From a virus (taxonomy: Duplodnaviria > Heunggongvirae > Uroviricota > Caudoviricetes), in IMG/VR virus record IMGVR_UViG_2737471860_000002, positions 1-26,886 of that record: DNA of 26,886 nucleotides; one strand, 5' to 3'. Position numbers and translations under genes: made by a program. Under the pieces are notes generated by a model that made no database searches, was not told where the DNA came from, and was given only the letters and a program-made list of their open reading frames with translations. Positions 25,181 to 26,886 of this stretch are shown here, one piece after another. Each line of letters starts with the position of its first letter. Position 1 is the stretch's first letter.

Positions 25181-25729
25181 TTATTCCTCCGTCAGTGCCA
25201 CAAATTCAGAATGTTTAATGCGCTGGCATTCGGCGGGAACCGGCCCCTTCACTTCGCCAGCCAGAAGGTACACCGCAAACAAAATGCTGAATCCGTCACG
25301 GCTGCGGTGCATCTCCCACACTGATTTGAGGTCGAACAGGTCAACGTCGGTAGCCACGTTAAGTTCATTGCACAGCCAGACCGGAAAATCCGGGTATTTT
25401 TCGAGCTGATTTTCACAGTCCCGGATGCGCTTCCCGTATTCACGGCCTGCCGGTATTGTCATATCCGGCATTGCCGCCCATAACTGAATATCGCCAATGA
25501 AAAGTGTCTTTGATTCAGTTGCCCATCCTTCCGGTGGTAAGCGGTTAAACCAGACACGCGTAACCCTCTCAGGCCCTTTGTCACCAGACAAAGACACACC
25601 GCTTGCTTTCACTGATTGCTGTAATAACGCAATAATCTCACCACGCTTAACAGAAACATCTTTCAGCCAGCGAATCGTGTAAGCGTTAGCGGCTGCGTCA
25701 CTCAGTTTAAAATAAGCACATGCTGTCAT
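25181..25729 (-). CDS. Hypothetical early-region protein (182 aa), Mu semi-essential-region-like
   Basis: First ORF after gam, separated by a 96-bp AT-rich intergenic region; no family recognised. Confidence 0.55.
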   Translation of the reverse strand: MTACAYFKLSDAAANAYTIRWLKDVSVKRGEIIALLQQSVKASGVSLSGDKGPERVTRVWFNRLPPEGWATESKTLFIGDIQLWAAMPDMTIPAGREYGKRIRDCENQLEKYPDFPVWLCNELNVATDVDLFDLKSVWEMHRSRDGFSILFAVYLLAGEVKGPVPAECQRIKHSEFVALTEE

Positions 25730-25825
25730 TTTATTTCCTCTGGTCCTGTTTCAGGCGCGAGTAGTCCCCTGACGCATCGCGCCATAACTAAACGAATGTG
25801 AATTAATTAAATATTAATGGTGGTA

Positions 25826-26350
25826 TTAAATACTGGCTTCCTGTTCAAACGGAATAATGGAAAAATCTTCAAGACCTGATTTAACTGTAATTCCGGCAAC
25901 ACCTGCGACCGCTTTCGGTTCCAGTAAAATCGCTTCTTTATTGATTTCCTGCTTCGTTCGAATAAAGCGTTGCAGGCCAAGACGCTCCAGCGTTTCCATC
26001 ACCGCATCCACACCGCGAATACTCACTGATGGCGGGCGTTGACGCCATGACACATCACCGGTGACAAGATTCGCCGTCTTCACTTTGCCGCCGTTCGTCA
26101 GTTCGTCGCGGTTCGCTTCACACCATCCCTGAACGCCTTTTGAAAGGGTTTCAATATCGGTTTTAATCGGTGCAATCCGGGCCGCAAATTTTTCCGTAAT
26201 TTCCGCGATGGCATCATTCATTTCCGTTTCCAGACGTGATGCTTCGCGCTGTAAATCCCCGATGCGTTTAATATCGGTAATCACCGCATCGCGGTTTTGT
26301 GGCACATAAGCCGCTGCGGCACTTTTGATACGTTTTGCTGGTTTAGCCAT
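25826..26350 (-). CDS. gam: Host-nuclease inhibitor Gam (Mu Gam, Ku-like DNA-end-binding protein)
   Basis: 174 aa, the length of Mu Gam, with N-terminal MAKPAKRIKSAAAAYVPQNRDAVITDIKRIGDLQRE... recognised as Mu Gam-like; AGGAGC RBS upstream. Confidence 0.8.
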   Translation of the reverse strand: MAKPAKRIKSAAAAYVPQNRDAVITDIKRIGDLQREASRLETEMNDAIAEITEKFAARIAPIKTDIETLSKGVQGWCEANRDELTNGGKVKTANLVTGDVSWRQRPPSVSIRGVDAVMETLERLGLQRFIRTKQEINKEAILLEPKAVAGVAGITVKSGLEDFSIIPFEQEASI

Positions 26351-26369
26351 AAATTAAAGCTCCTGTTAA

Positions 26370-26669
26370 TTAATATCCGCTGTATACAATGCTGGATACA
26401 GCTCGATTGCTTAATTCCATCTTTCGGGCAATGACATGAATATCCAGTCCTTCTTTATAAAGTTCACGACATAAATATTTGTCGTGTTCACTGATTCGGT
26501 ATACACACAATGATATTCCGTGCCTTCTGGCATGTGCCAGGAGGGCGGTTGTGGCGACTTTCAGTTTTTCCGCCATTTCTTCAACGGTCATTTTCCCGAC
26601 GTTGGCTTCGATAAATTCCCGGTCTTCGCGTGACCAGCGCTTACGATTACACTTCATGTCAGCCACCAT
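26370..26669 (-). CDS. Small HTH-type DNA-binding protein (99 aa)
   Basis: RWSREDREFIEANVGKMTVEEMAEKLKVATTALLAHARRHGI resembles a GcrA-like / sigma-region-4-like helix-turn-helix. Inference from pattern only. Confidence 0.5.
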   Translation of the reverse strand: MVADMKCNRKRWSREDREFIEANVGKMTVEEMAEKLKVATTALLAHARRHGISLCVYRISEHDKYLCRELYKEGLDIHVIARKMELSNRAVSSIVYSGY

Positions 26670-26855
26670 TCAGTACAGCAGAGGCTCGCGCAGTGATGCC
26701 GGAATATGCCGCAGCGATAACTGAACCGCTTTGAGGGCCAGCGAGGAATAACAGCAGCGCGCCCAGTCTTTTGCCATTAACCGGTAATCGCGCCAGATAC
26801 GCTGCCACATTTCACGGGCCTCAGGGTCTGATGCGCAGATGTATTCGCGGTCCAT
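26670..26855 (-). CDS. Hypothetical small early protein (61 aa)
   Basis: ORF abutting the next gene, in the position where Mu carries small kil-region genes; no family recognised. Confidence 0.4.
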   Translation of the reverse strand: MDREYICASDPEAREMWQRIWRDYRLMAKDWARCCYSSLALKAVQLSLRHIPASLREPLLY

Positions 26856-26886
26856 GACGTATTCCCGGCTTTGTTGAATAAATCAG

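Noticed and set aside
1-26886. CRISPR arrays, tRNA/rRNA genes, integrase or transposase
   Set aside because: No regularly spaced direct repeats, no cloverleaf-like or rRNA-like regions noticed, and no ORF resembling a recombinase or the Mu A/B proteins; these would lie outside the window if present.

Overview
The whole window reads as one continuous segment of a Mu-like (transposable, contractile-tailed) prophage, with essentially every gene on the minus strand in tight, often overlapping arrangement. Read along the minus strand from 26886 down to 1, the order is: early accessory region (small HTH protein, Gam, four to five small hypotheticals), GemA, a Mor/C-family activator, a lysis and late-accessory block (GH108-type endolysin, membrane proteins, TraR/DksA zinc finger), terminase small and large subunits, portal, F-like head protein, protease/scaffold, major capsid, neck proteins, sheath, tube, frameshift-type tail chaperone, tape measure, DNA-circularisation protein, baseplate proteins, a tail fibre with its assembly chaperone, and the 5' part of a second fibre gene running off the left edge. 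I found no rRNA, tRNA, CRISPR array, transposase or integrase in the window; prophage ends and the A/B transposition genes would lie outside it. All product calls rest on protein-family resemblance and synteny read by eye, not on searches. Nothing here is an obvious defence or novel system. The most check-worthy items are a candidate -2 frameshift in the tail chaperone, a duplicated 38-bp terminator-like element in front of the lysis and protease/head blocks, a repeat-rich central intergenic region where Mu carries its strong gyrase site, a lone opposite-strand ORF in the early region, and the unknown early accessory genes.
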